A stretch of 10,252 nt of DNA from NCBI GenBank assembly GCA_046726415.1, contig JBKPAK010000018.1, positions 1 through 10,252 on the forward strand, read 5' to 3'. This document shows positions 1 through 7,890 of this stretch, piece after piece. Source of the DNA: Candidatus Methylomirabilota bacterium. Lineage in GTDB: Bacteria > Methylomirabilota > Methylomirabilia > Rokubacteriales > CSP1-6. The notes beneath the pieces are model-generated. The model saw nothing but the letters and a program-made list of their open reading frames with translations. It was not told the DNA's origin and searched no databases. Each line of letters starts with the position of its first letter. The stretch's first letter is position 1. The position numbers and the translations under genes are program-made.

Positions 1-1
1 G

Positions 2-779
2 GCGCTCGTCGGCGCCGCCGACGTCGCCGACGTCCTCGATCGGCGCGACCGAGTGACGCCGTGGCGGGAACGTGCGCGCCGGCTCCGCGAGAGGTTCGAG
101 CGCGACTTCTGGATGGAGAGCGAGGGCTATTACGCGCTCGCGCTGGACGGGGAGGGCCAGCCCTGCCGGGTGATCTCGTCCAATCCCGGCCACTGCCTCT
201 GGGCGGGGATCGTCAGCGACGCGCGCGCCGATCGCGTCGGCAAGCGCCTGCTGGCGGAGGACCTGTTCTCCGGCTGGGGCCTCCCGCACGCTGTCGACGC
301 GCGAGCGACGCTACAACCCCATGAGTTATCACGACGGTTCCGTCTGGCCGCACGACACCGCGATCGCCGCGCTCGGCCTTCGTCGCTATGCGACCGGGCC
401 GTTCGTGGCGCTGTGCACGGGCCTGGTCGAGGCCGCGCTCCACTGCGACGGCCTGCGCGTGCCCGAGCTGTTCTGCGGCTTCCCGCGTCTGCCGGGCTTC
501 GGACCCACACGGTATCCGGTGGCGTGCTCGCCGCAAGCTTGGGCGACCGGCGTCGTGTTCCATCTCCTCCAGGGAATGCTCGGCCTCTGTCCCGACGCTC
601 GCGACAACCGGCTCAACCTCGTGGATCCCGTGCTGCCGCCGTGGCTCTCGTGGATCGAGCTCCACGGCCTGCGGGTGGGCGACTCCAGCATCGATCTGCT
701 CGTCTCACGCGGGCGGCACGGCGCCGCCGTCGAGGTGCTGGACCGCCGCGGCGCCGCCGAGGTCATCGTCCGGCGCTGA
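2..779 (+). CDS. Amylo-alpha-1,6-glucosidase / glycogen debranching enzyme family, C-terminal part (5' end outside window; +1 frameshift at ~283-285)
   Basis: Frame 2 reads LRERFERDFWMESEGYYALALDGEGQPCRVISSNPGHCLWAGIV...LFSGWGL. Removing one C from CTCCCGCACG joins it to RTLSTRERRYNPMSYHDGSVWPHD...PELFCGF...YPVACSPQAWA, which are hallmark GDE C-terminal motifs. Stop TGA at 777-779. Confidence 0.9.
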
Positions 780-880
780 CGTCGCGCTCCTGCTCGGCGC
801 TCCCCGGGCCTGTCCTAGGGTGGCGCGACGGCGAGTCTGACCGAGCGCCTTTCCCGATGGACGCGAGGAGGCCTGGGGCC

Positions 881-1087
881 ATGTCCGCAGCGCACTTACG
901 CTCTACACTCATCACCGCAGACCGGCTCCTGGACGGCAGCAGCGCGACCATCGGACCCAGCGCGGTGTTGATCGAGGATGCGCTCATCGCCGCCGTCGGT
1001 CGACCGCGGAGATCCGCATACCCGAGGGCGCCTCCGTGACGCGGGAGCAGTGCGGCGGTGCCACCATCCCCCCCTAGCCTCGTCGAT
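881..1087 (+). pseudogene. N-terminal fragment of a metal-dependent amidohydrolase family protein
   Basis: GAGGAGG Shine-Dalgarno precedes ATG 881. Reads MSAAHLRSTLITADRLLDGS...AVLIEDALIAAVG, then after a frameshift near 1005 EIRIPEGASVTREQCGGATIPPSLVD, matching the degenerate 'GxTllPGLiD' motif. The following HxH metal motif and the catalytic barrel are absent. Confidence 0.7.
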
Positions 1088-1176
1088 GAGACTGAGGGGC
1101 CGCGGTGGACGGCTTGTCGAGTTCGTGTGGGACGGCCTCTTCGCCCGACGGGTCCGCCGGGGATGCGAGCACCTCC

Positions 1177-1210
1177 CCGCTCGGCGCCGAGCGGCATGCC
1201 GCTGCAGCGG
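1177..1210. repeat. Three overlapping perfect palindromes between convergent genes
   Basis: CCGCTCGGCGCCGAGCGG (1177-1194), AGCGGCATGCCGCT (1190-1203) and CCGCTGCAGCGG (1199-1210), read directly from the sequence. Confidence 0.8.
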
Positions 1211-1301
1211 TTCGAAGGTTGTCCGGCGCGTGGTCGCACGGGGGAGCGTGAGGGAGACGGCGAAAGAGTCGATCGTTGAAGCCGCGCGGGGAGGCAGCGG
1301 G

Positions 1302-2470
1302 CTAGGCTGCGAGAGAGCGCTTCACCAAACGCTCGTAGAGCGCCTCGAAGGCGCCGAGCGTGCGTTCGAGGCTGTGTCCCTCAGCGATCATGCGGCTGGC
1401 CTGACCCGTGCCCGCCGCCCGCGAGGGATCCGCGAGCACCCGTTCGATCCGGTCGGCGAGCGCCCTGGCTTCCCCGGGGGGAAAGAGGAACCCATTCCGG
1501 CCGTCTTCGATGAGCTCGGGGAGTGCGACCGCGTCGGCGGCTACCACCGGGAGACCGGACGCCATCGCCTCGAGCGTCGCGATGCTCTGAAGCTCGTTCG
1601 GGCTCGGCATGACGAAGAGCATTGCCGTCTGCAACAGGCCCGGGAGCTGAGCGTCCCCGACGAATCCGGGGAACTGCACACACTCGGACACGCCCAGACG
1701 CGTGGCGAGGCGCCGAAGGTGGCGTTCGTCAGTCCCGCGGCCCGCCAGGACCACCTCCACGCGGCGCGTTCGGACCACGTGAGGCATGGCTCGGATCAAC
1801 ACCTCGACTTCCTTGTCGGGGTCGAGGCGACCGACGTAGACCATGCGGGCGGCCCGGCCCCCACCGTCGAAGTGGTCGCGGGCGGGGTGAAATCGCATCA
1901 CGTCGACACCGTTCGAGATGACGTGAATCGGTCCCCCCAGACCTTGAGCCCGCGCGAGGGCGGCCGCCGCCTGGCTGGGCGCCGTGACCGCGTCGAGCGC
2001 GAGATACACGCTGACGAACTGCCGCCACAGCGCTGCACTCAATCCTCGGCGGAGGGCTCGAGTCTGAGCAGGACGCCAGGGGCATGAGGGAGCATATTCG
2101 CCGGCATGAAATGATTCGTCCCCACGGCGGGGAGCTGGCGCCGCCGGGCCGCTTGCGCCAGGGCGCGGCCGAGGACGAAGTGGTTCTGGATGTGCACGAG
2201 GTCCGGATGGAAGTCGGTCAGCAGGCCGTCGGCGTCCCCCCGGGTGAGCAAGGCGCACCGCTGCTGGGGATACGGCGTAGGGATCGACCGGACCCGATAG
2301 ATCGTCAGGCCCCGGCTGGGCTCCTCCACGAAGCGATGCCCGTTCGGTGACGGAGCGGCTACGACCACGTCGTGTCCACGGTGTGCCAGTCCAGTGGCCA
2401 AGCGCTCCGCGAACACGGTGGGGCCGTTGACAAGAGGCGTGTAGGTCTCGGTCGCAATCATGATGCGCAC
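1302..2470 (-). CDS. Glycosyltransferase family 4 (GT-B fold; resembles lipid/diacylglycerol glycosyltransferases), frameshifted at ~2055
   Basis: N-half MRIMIATETYTPLVNGPTVFAERLATGLAHRGHDVVVAAP...FHPDLVHIQNHF...TNHFMP. C-half VISNGVD...YVGRLDPDKEVEVLIRA...FVMPSPNELQSIATLEAMASGLPVV contains the EX7E motif. One missing base in the GGG run near 2054-2056 joins the halves into about 389 aa. Confidence 0.9.
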
Positions 2471-2623
2471 GCGGCTACCATCGCATGGTCATACCACGCT
2501 GAACGATCAGCGGCCGACCACGTTCACCCTCGCCGCCCTCGGCCGCTCAGGCCCCTTCACCAGATGTGCTTTCGAGTTCCTTCGTTCGACGCAGTTCCGC
2601 CTCTCGCCCCGACGGCACAGCCG

Positions 2624-2960
2624 TTACAGATTCAGGGTGATCGCGAGGGGACAATGGTCCGACGCCACGGTGGTTTCGGTAACCCCGGGGAAGCGCTTCT
2701 GCGTCGCCCTCGTGGCCTTCGTCGAGAGTCCTCGGCGCTCGACAGCGGGCTTCGCCTGCGTAACCCCGGCGCGCGAGGTCGAGAGTAGCAGGTCGTCGAG
2801 TTGGCGGAATCGTTCCTCTCTTGCGGGCGCGCCGTCGAAGAAGTGCGTCCACCGCTCTTCCTCGTGGAGCCGATCGAAAACGTTCTCCACCTGGGTCCTA
2901 CTGGACGAGCTCCGTAATGCCACTGGTCGTGCCTTGAGCGGGTTCGAGGAAGTCATTGAG
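2624..2960 (-). pseudogene. C-terminal fragment of an endonuclease/exonuclease/phosphatase (EEP) family protein
   Basis: Reads LNDFLEPAQGTTSGITELVQ* (TAG at 2898-2900), then after a frameshift QVENVFDRLHEEERWTHFF...FRQLDDLLLS...VASDHCPLAITLNL*. Contains (GD)xND, LDY-like and SDHxP EEP motifs. The N-terminal part is missing. Confidence 0.75.
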
Positions 2961-3447
2961 GGGCTACCGTCAGCTTGACCCCATGCCGCATCAACACGTC
3001 CAGCGGAGGCCGTGGACTGGGCTCCCGATGACGCTCACCGAGCTCGCTTCCGCTTCGCCTTTTCGGACACCGCCGTCTCGCGCAGTGCTTTATGGCTGAC
3101 TCCCGGGCTGGCAATCCGACGTTTCCGTCCCGCAAATGCAGTGGTTCGTGACGCCCGTTGCGCTCCGCTCGACGATGGGGATCGCGTCGGCATCGGTGCC
3201 TTCTTCCCCGGACGCATGAGGCCGATATGCCGACCGAGGTTGAGCGGGAGGGCGAAGGTACGGCTGCACTCCGGAGAGGCGAGCGGGCCCGTGACCCCAG
3301 AAGTGCGCCCCGGCGGATGGCCGGATTGCGCAGCTCGTGAGGCCTTGGACGTCACGGCCTCGAGACGGTAGCCGAGCCGGCCAAGGGATTCGCGGAGTGT
3401 GGTAACGCGCTTCTCCTGGCACGTGAAGACAGCCCGCTTCTCTTTGG

Positions 3448-3784
3448 CAAGCGCTCATTGCTGACTACCGGACCGCGGGCCTGGACCCCACCGACGAGGC
3501 CATCGCGGCCTTCGCCGAGAAAGTCGTGCTCGGTGCAGATCAGGTGATTGCAAGTCCCCATCGACGCGCTGCGCGCCCATGGCCTGAATGACGCCGAGAT
3601 CGTCGACGTCGCGTTGGTCGCGGCAGCCCGCCTCGTCTGGAGGCGCGCGAACGACGCAATCGGCTACGAGCCGTCCCGATCGTTGCCGGAGCGCGCCCAG
3701 TCGCTCTTCGGCGAGCGCGCCTTTCAGGCCCTCATGGTCGGTCGTCGGTACGGGCAGCCGGGTGCTCTCGCGGGCAGTCAGTAG
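3448..3784 (+). pseudogene. C-terminal fragment of a carboxymuconolactone decarboxylase / AhpD-like (peroxidase-related) protein
   Basis: Reads ALIADYRTAGLDPTDEAIAAFAEKVVLGADQV, then after a frameshift at ~3555 IDALRAHGLNDAEIVDVALVAAAR...DAIGYEP. There is an in-frame TGA at 3424-3426 upstream, no start codon and no CxxC motif. Confidence 0.75.
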
Positions 3785-3933
3785 CCATCGGGCCTCCTCG
3801 CGTTCGGACGTCGAAGCGTCCAGACAACCACTCTGTAGCACCGATGCCGGACCCGATGCCGCTCGGCCTTCATCGTTCGCGAATAAGTCAGGCTCGAACG
3901 GGCCGGACGACCCGACCGCGTCGCCTCGGGCAC

Positions 3934-3963
3934 TTGACGGCAGAGGGCTTGACGCCCTAGCTT
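3934..3963 (+). promoter_or_regulatory. Putative sigma70-type promoter for the small ORF/SBP unit
   Basis: TTGACG (3934-3939), 18-nt spacer, TAGCTT (3958-3963). CTTGACG occurs twice, 15 nt apart. The -10 ends 33 nt upstream of ATG 3997. Confidence 0.4.
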
Positions 3964-3996
3964 CGCCGTGTCCCACCCATCGGCTGGGAGGCGGCG

Positions 3997-4134
3997 ATGA
4001 GGAACCGCCGTTCACGTCAGAACCTGGAGGGCTGGATGCGCGGGAAGACTGCGCCTGCCCCACCCGTGCCCAAGCCGGCACGTCCACCGAGACGGCCACG
4101 ACCGCCTCGACCCTCACCGCCAAGGCCGAGATGA
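3997..4134 (+). CDS. Small Pro/Arg-rich protein (45 aa), not in the ORF track
   Basis: GGGAGG Shine-Dalgarno 5 nt before the ATG. Translation MRNRRSRQNLEGWMRGKTAPAPPVPKPARPPRRPRPPRPSPPRPR*. The TGA overlaps the ATG of the next gene (ATGA 4131-4134). Confidence 0.5.
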   Translation: MRNRRSRQNLEGWMRGKTAPAPPVPKPARPPRRPRPPRPSPPRPR

Positions 4135-5151
4135 ACCGACGCGCGTTCCTGTGCTGGTCCCTCTTCGCCGCACTCGCCGTCCCGCTCGCCGCCGAGGCGC
4201 AGCCAGCGGGGAAGGTGTATCGGGCCGGATGGGCTCGACGCCAATCCGACCGCGTGGGCCGGGTGGCGGATGGCGTTCCTGGACGGGCTGAAGAATCTCG
4301 GCTGGACGCTCGGCCGGGACTTCGTCTTCGAGTGGCGGCAGCCGGATTCGCACGAACCGACCTATGAGCGGCTGCCCCGGCTCCCGGGAGAGCTTGTCGG
4401 CGCCCAGATGGACGTGATCGTGGCGTGGGGGGGACCGGCGACCGAGACGGCCCGGGTAGCAACCAAGACGATTCCCGTCGTCTTCGTCAACGTCGACTCA
4501 CCGAGCCACTCGACGCCGGCTGCGAACGTCACCGGCATCTTCAACAAAGCCTCGGAGCTTGTCGGCGGAGCACCTCCGGTTGCTAATGGAATTGGTGCCA
4601 GGAGTCTCTCGGGTGGACGTACTTCGCGATCCCGGCAAGGTCGGCGCGGCGGCTCTGTTCGCGCGCACGCACGAGGCGGCTCGGGCGCTCGGCCTCCAGG
4701 TCCAAGCGCGGAACGTGATGCAAACCTCGACCCGGCCTTCGCTGTAGTGCAGGGGGATGGCGCCCAGGCGATGCTCGTGCGGAGTGCCGCGTGGATGATT
4801 CCACACCGGGGGCGCATCGCCCTGATCGCCCGAGAGCATGGGCTGCCTCTGGTCTCCGATTGGTACTACCTCACGCAGGCGGGAGGTCTGCTGTCCTACC
4901 GGTGGGACGACAATCAGTTGCTAGCGCGGGCCGCGGGGCTGGTCGACAGGATCTTCAAGGGCGCCAGGCCGGCCGACCTCCCCGTCGAGCAGCCGACGAA
5001 GTTCAAGCTGGCCCTCAACCTCAAGACCGCGAAGGCCCTCGGCATGACGATTCCGCCGTCGCTGTTGGTGCGGGCGGATCACGTGATCGAGTCGCGAGGG
5101 TGTGCACCGTTGACAGGTGTTCGATCAGGCCAAGAGGAGATCGGGGTATGA
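4131..5151 (+). CDS. ABC transporter substrate-binding protein (ABC_sub_bind family) with Tat-like signal peptide; three frameshifts (~4232, ~4560, ~4715)
   Basis: Reads MNRRAFLCWSLFAALAVPLAAEAQPAGKVYRAGW / AFLDGLKNLGW...DVIVAWG...ATKTIPVVFV...ANVTG / LRLLMELVPGVSRV / GGLLSY...VDRIFKGARPADLPVEQPTKFKLALNLKTAKALGMTIPPSLLVRADHVIE. The family normally ends at 'VIE' (~5090); here the frame reads on to 5151. No permease or ATPase genes are nearby. Confidence 0.88.
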
Positions 5152-5360
5152 CCTACGGCTTTCGCCCTGAGAACTGGCCGGCATTCCAGCACGAGCTTGA
5201 GGAGCGAGGCATAGCGGTGACCGACATCGAGAAGGTCGAGATGCGGCCTCAAGTTGTTCCCAACGCCACGGACCTTCCCAGCGGCATGGTCGACGTCGTC
5301 GTGACCCTCCGATCGGGTCGCGTCGAATTCTGGAGGCACCGGCAGGCCGAGCTCCCGTGA
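5148..5360 (+). CDS. Hypothetical protein (70 aa)
   Basis: GAGGAG Shine-Dalgarno precedes ATG 5148. MTYGFRPENWPAFQHELEERGIAVTDIEKVEMRP...VDVVVTLRSGRVEFW has globular composition and GC3-rich codons. Confidence 0.65.
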   Translation: MTYGFRPENWPAFQHELEERGIAVTDIEKVEMRPQVVPNATDLPSGMVDVVVTLRSGRVEFWRHRQAELP

Positions 5361-5410
5361 GCCAGCAAGAGGCGTGGGGCCTGTCTCCGAGAACCCGCAG
5401 TTGTCTCGTC

Positions 5411-5501
5411 TTGGCCTCCCTGGTCACGGCGGTGACCGCCGCGCCGCTCGCCGCCGAGGCGCAGGAGTATCAGGCGGGGAAAGGTGTACCGGATTGGTTG
5501 G
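5411..5501 (+). pseudogene. Second, truncated ABC substrate-binding protein N-terminus (signal peptide region only)
   Basis: Reads LASLVTAVTAAPLAAEAQEYQAGK/VYRIGW with an extra A at ~5480-5482. The 21-mer CCGCTCGCCGCCGAGGCGCAG is identical at 4182-4202 and 5444-5464. Confidence 0.75.
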
Positions 5502-5666
5502 AGGGAACTTCGGGCCCTGCCGAGAGGGCCATTCCCCCCCGCCCGCGGCGCCGGCAGCCGCCGTCGCGACACCGACGCACGGGGATTCGCTCTCCCGTCG
5601 TTCCGCAGCCTCGCATTCCTCCTGTTCAGGGTCGACGCGCGACGACCCCTGCGTGATGCTGAGTCC

Positions 5667-5915
5667 ATGATCCGGCTCGCCGCCCGGACGCGTCGCACGC
5701 CGGAGGAGGTGATCCGCACCGCCGTGGTCTTCTTCGGGCCGGACGGTCTGGGACTGCGCATCGCCAGCCAGGCGCCGGATCGGGCCAGTTTCGAGGGGGG
5801 CGGAGGCTTCGTCACCGTCGGCGCACAGGCCAGGCACCCGAGTGGCGAGACCGAGGTCGTCGTGGACGCGCGCGAGTGGGAAGCCGACGCGCGCCGATTC
5901 CTGGGCACGGTGTGA
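5667..5915 (+). CDS. Conserved-looking small hypothetical protein (82 aa)
   Basis: MIRLAARTRRTPEEVIRTAVVFFGPDGLGLRI...FEGGGGFVTV...ETEVVVDAREWEADARRFL*. The pattern 'FFG..GLGL...FEGGGG.V...REW' resembles an uncharacterised small-protein family (recalled, not searched). Codon usage is strongly coding-like. Confidence 0.75.
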   Translation: MIRLAARTRRTPEEVIRTAVVFFGPDGLGLRIASQAPDRASFEGGGGFVTVGAQARHPSGETEVVVDAREWEADARRFLGTV

Positions 5916-5929
5916 GACAAGAGAGCGGG

Positions 5930-6172
5930 ATGAGCCTGCTGATCGATATCGCGGGCATCGAGCAAGTATTGCGCGCCGATGGGTTGCACGAGATCAGGAA
6001 CTACTCGTTCGACATCGGCGCCTACGGGTTCAAGGAAGGCCCCGGCGCGCGCATCCTTACTGTAGTGTCGGCGGAGTTGCGGAACAGGCATCGGCCACCG
6101 GGGCGAGGTGGACCGAGCTGGACGGCACGGTCATCGTGTGTCCCGCTCTCGTCGATCCTGGCCGTCAAGTGC
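5930..6172 (+). pseudogene. Hypothetical protein with two compensating frameshifts; 3' end uncertain
   Basis: Reads MSLLIDIAGIEQVLRADGLHEIRNYSFDIGAYGFKEG / GGVAEQASATGARWTELDGTVIVC / PLSSILAVKC. Starts 14 nt after the previous stop. The downstream Arg/Pro-rich read-through to 6451 looks non-coding. Confidence 0.55.
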
Positions 6173-6345
6173 GCGGGCGAGCAGAGGATGCCCAGGCGAC
6201 GACGCGGAGAGCCGACGCCGGTGCCGCCGCGGGCTCGGCCGTTGACCGGCGAGCGGCCGCTCCGGCTCGGAGACGGGCCGGCGCTCGCGCCGGCCACATG
6301 CGATTCGCATTCCTCGTGGTGGGCGGTCGCTGACAGGGTAGGCCC

Positions 6346-6593
6346 ATGCCGGCCAATCTCACGCCCGCCTACAGGGCGGCGGAGGCCGCATTCCGCAAGG
6401 CGCGCGACCCCAGTCAGCGCCTCGAGTGGCTGCGGGAGATGCTGCGCGTGATCCGAAGCACAAGGCGACGGATCATCTCCAAGGCGACATCAAGCGGCGC
6501 ATGAAGGAGCTCTCCGCCGAGCTCGAGCGACCCAAGGCGGGGGGGGCCCACGGCGGGCCGGCGCGCGTGATCCGCCCCGAAGGCGCGGCGTAG
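6346..6593 (+). pseudogene. N-terminal fragment of a DRG/Obg-family (TGS-domain) GTP-binding protein
   Basis: Reads MPANLTPAYRAAEAAFRKARDPSQRLEWLREMLRVI/(P)KHK/(G)TDHLQGDIKRRMKEL...VIRPEGAA* (TAG at 6591). 'MPANL...PKHKGT..L...EGAAQ' is the typical N-terminus of this family. The sequence stops just before the G1 P-loop. Confidence 0.85.
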
Positions 6594-7295
6594 ATTGCCG
6601 CAGTAACAGGCGCCTGGCTGAATAAAGGAGGAAGCTTCAGCGACGCCATGCGCCATGAGTTCGGCCTTATCCTGGCCGCGACCCTGACGCTTCTGGGATT
6701 GCTGATCGGGTTCAGCTTCTCGATGGCGGCCAGCCGCTATGACCAGCGCAAGAACCTCGAGGAGGCGGAAGCCAACGCCATCGGGACCGAGTACCTGCGG
6801 GCGGGCCTGCTGGGACAATCCGAGGCCGCCAAGACGCGCGAATTGCTGAAGAGGTATGTCGAGCTGCGCGCGCGCTTCTACACGGCGAACGAGAGCGATG
6901 TTCGCGAGGTCGATCGGCAAACTGCGCTGCTGCAGAAGGAGTTGTGGTCCGCCGTGCTGACGCCGGCCATCCAGCAGCCCGGTGCGCTCACGGCGCTCGC
7001 CGTTTCCGGCATGAACGACGTCATCAATGCGCAAGGCCAGATTCAGGCCGCATGGTGGAATCGCATTCCGGCGGCCGCCTGGGTCTTCATGGCCCTCATA
7101 GCCGTCTGCTCCAACCTGCTGGTCGGGTACGGCTTGCGAAGCTTCAAGCCACGCAGTCCGTTGCTCATAGTCCTGCCGCTGCTTGTCGCCCTTGCCTTCC
7201 TTTTGATCGACGATATCGACACGCCTCGGCATGGCCTGATCAAGGTCGTGCCGAGAAACCTCATCAGCCTGGCCGACTCCCTGAAAACTCCGTAG
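6594..7295 (+). CDS. DUF4239 / bestrophin-like membrane protein, probably lacking its first transmembrane segment (first ATG at 6648)
   Basis: Reads FGLILAATLTLLGLLIGFSFSMAASRYDQRKNLEEAEANAIGTEYLRAGLL...GMNDVIN...WNRIP...LIDDIDTPRHGLIKV. The frame is open back to 6594 (IAAVTGAWL), where it meets the GTPase fragment. Confidence 0.8.
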   Translation: MAAVTGAWLNKGGSFSDAMRHEFGLILAATLTLLGLLIGFSFSMAASRYDQRKNLEEAEANAIGTEYLRAGLLGQSEAAKTRELLKRYVELRARFYTANESDVREVDRQTALLQKELWSAVLTPAIQQPGALTALAVSGMNDVINAQGQIQAAWWNRIPAAAWVFMALIAVCSNLLVGYGLRSFKPRSPLLIVLPLLVALAFLLIDDIDTPRHGLIKVVPRNLISLADSLKTP

Positions 7296-7440
7296 ACCAC
7301 AATTCTCGATCCACCGCTGTGGCGAGCCGGCAGACGACCTCGCCTCCGCCCTCGCTCCCGCGCTCCCCATGCCCCGTCCCCATGACGTCAGCCCCCAGCC
7401 CCGCACGCTGGAGCCATGCTGGAGCCCGTAGGCACAGGTC

Positions 7441-7667
7441 CCTCGCCACTGGGCGTGGGCGGATCTGATGCGGCGCGCGTTCGACATCGACGTGATGGCA
7501 TGCCCGCGCTTCGGTGGACACCTGCGGTTGATTGCCACGGTCGAAGACCCCGACGCAATTCGCGCGATTCTCGTGGCTCTCGTCGACTCTCGAGAGCTGG
7601 CGGGTCGGGCGCCGCCGTTCGCACCAGCGCGCTGAACACCCGCCACGTTGCGGCGGTCGGCGTCTGA
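7441..7667 (+). pseudogene. IS91/ISCR-family transposase C-terminal fragment (not in the ORF track)
   Basis: Frame 1 reads PRHWAWADLMRRAFDIDVMACPRFGGHLRLIATVEDPDAIRAILVAL...GRAPP, matching the 'WA.L..R.F.ID...CP.CGG.LR.IA..EDP..I..IL....RAPP' tail. The second Cys is mutated to Phe. Stop at 7633-7635, or 7665-7667 if a frameshift is allowed. Confidence 0.85.
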
Positions 7668-7787
7668 GCACACCCGGACGTCGCGTTCGCTGGGCCCTGC
7701 TCCTCGTTCTTGGGGGGTCTATCCCCTGGTCCGCCGCTCGGTTGGCCGCAGAAAACTCCTTGTCAGGCTCGTTGTGCCCGCTGTGTC

Positions 7788-7890
7788 GGGGCGGACCGCG
7801 AGAACCGGTCGCTGCCGGGATTCGGATCCGCGCGGGAGGGGGCTGAGAACGGACGTTCCGTCAACCGGGCCTTTGTAGCTCCTATGCTCT
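7788..7890 (+). repeat. Direct repeat copy 1 (oriIS-like terminus)
   Basis: 7843-7890 matches 10108-10155 at 42/48 positions, including the perfect 26-mer CTGAGAACGGACGTTCCGTCAACCGG. Weaker similarity extends left to GGGGCGG at 7788/10047. Confidence 0.9.

Larger units (their letters stand above)
7296..7890 (+). mobile_element. Remnant of an IS91/ISCR-like rolling-circle (HUH Y1/Y2) element: transposase 3' end, 3' UTR and oriIS-like end
   Basis: A transposase C-terminal fragment is followed about 200-250 nt later by the hairpin ACGGA-CGT-TCCGT and GCCTTTGTAGCTCCTATGCT (7869-7888). The latter resembles the ISCR oriIS motif as I recall it (GCGTTTGAACTTCCTATAC). The left boundary is approximate. 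Confidence 0.7.

Noticed and set aside
53-1039. 328-aa ORF as a single protein
   Set aside because: It is a chimera of the GDE frame, out-of-frame sequence after the frameshift and the amidohydrolase start.
3391-3440. tRNA-like stretch (TGGTAACGCG CTTCTC CTGGCAC GTGAAG)
   Set aside because: The anticodon-like stem is mismatched, and there is no T-arm GTTCG, acceptor stem or CCA.
2961-3447. Several 60-120-aa ORFs and an imperfect hairpin at ~3334-3364
   Set aside because: No recognisable motifs, Shine-Dalgarno sites or codon bias, so it is left as unassigned intergenic or decayed DNA.
5110-5115. Perfect TTGACA -35 box upstream of the 70-aa ORF
   Set aside because: No -10 hexamer at 16-18 nt spacing.
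5357-5915. Signal peptide fused to the 82-aa protein if the extra A at ~5481 is removed
   Set aside because: The intervening ~55 codons are low-complexity Arg/Pro/Ala and non-coding-like, so an open frame here is plausible by chance at this GC content.
6276-6310. GC hairpin GGCCGGCGC-TC-GCGCCGGCC plus ATGCGA-T-TCGCAT as an intrinsic terminator
   Set aside because: There is no U-tract, and such stems are frequent at this GC level.
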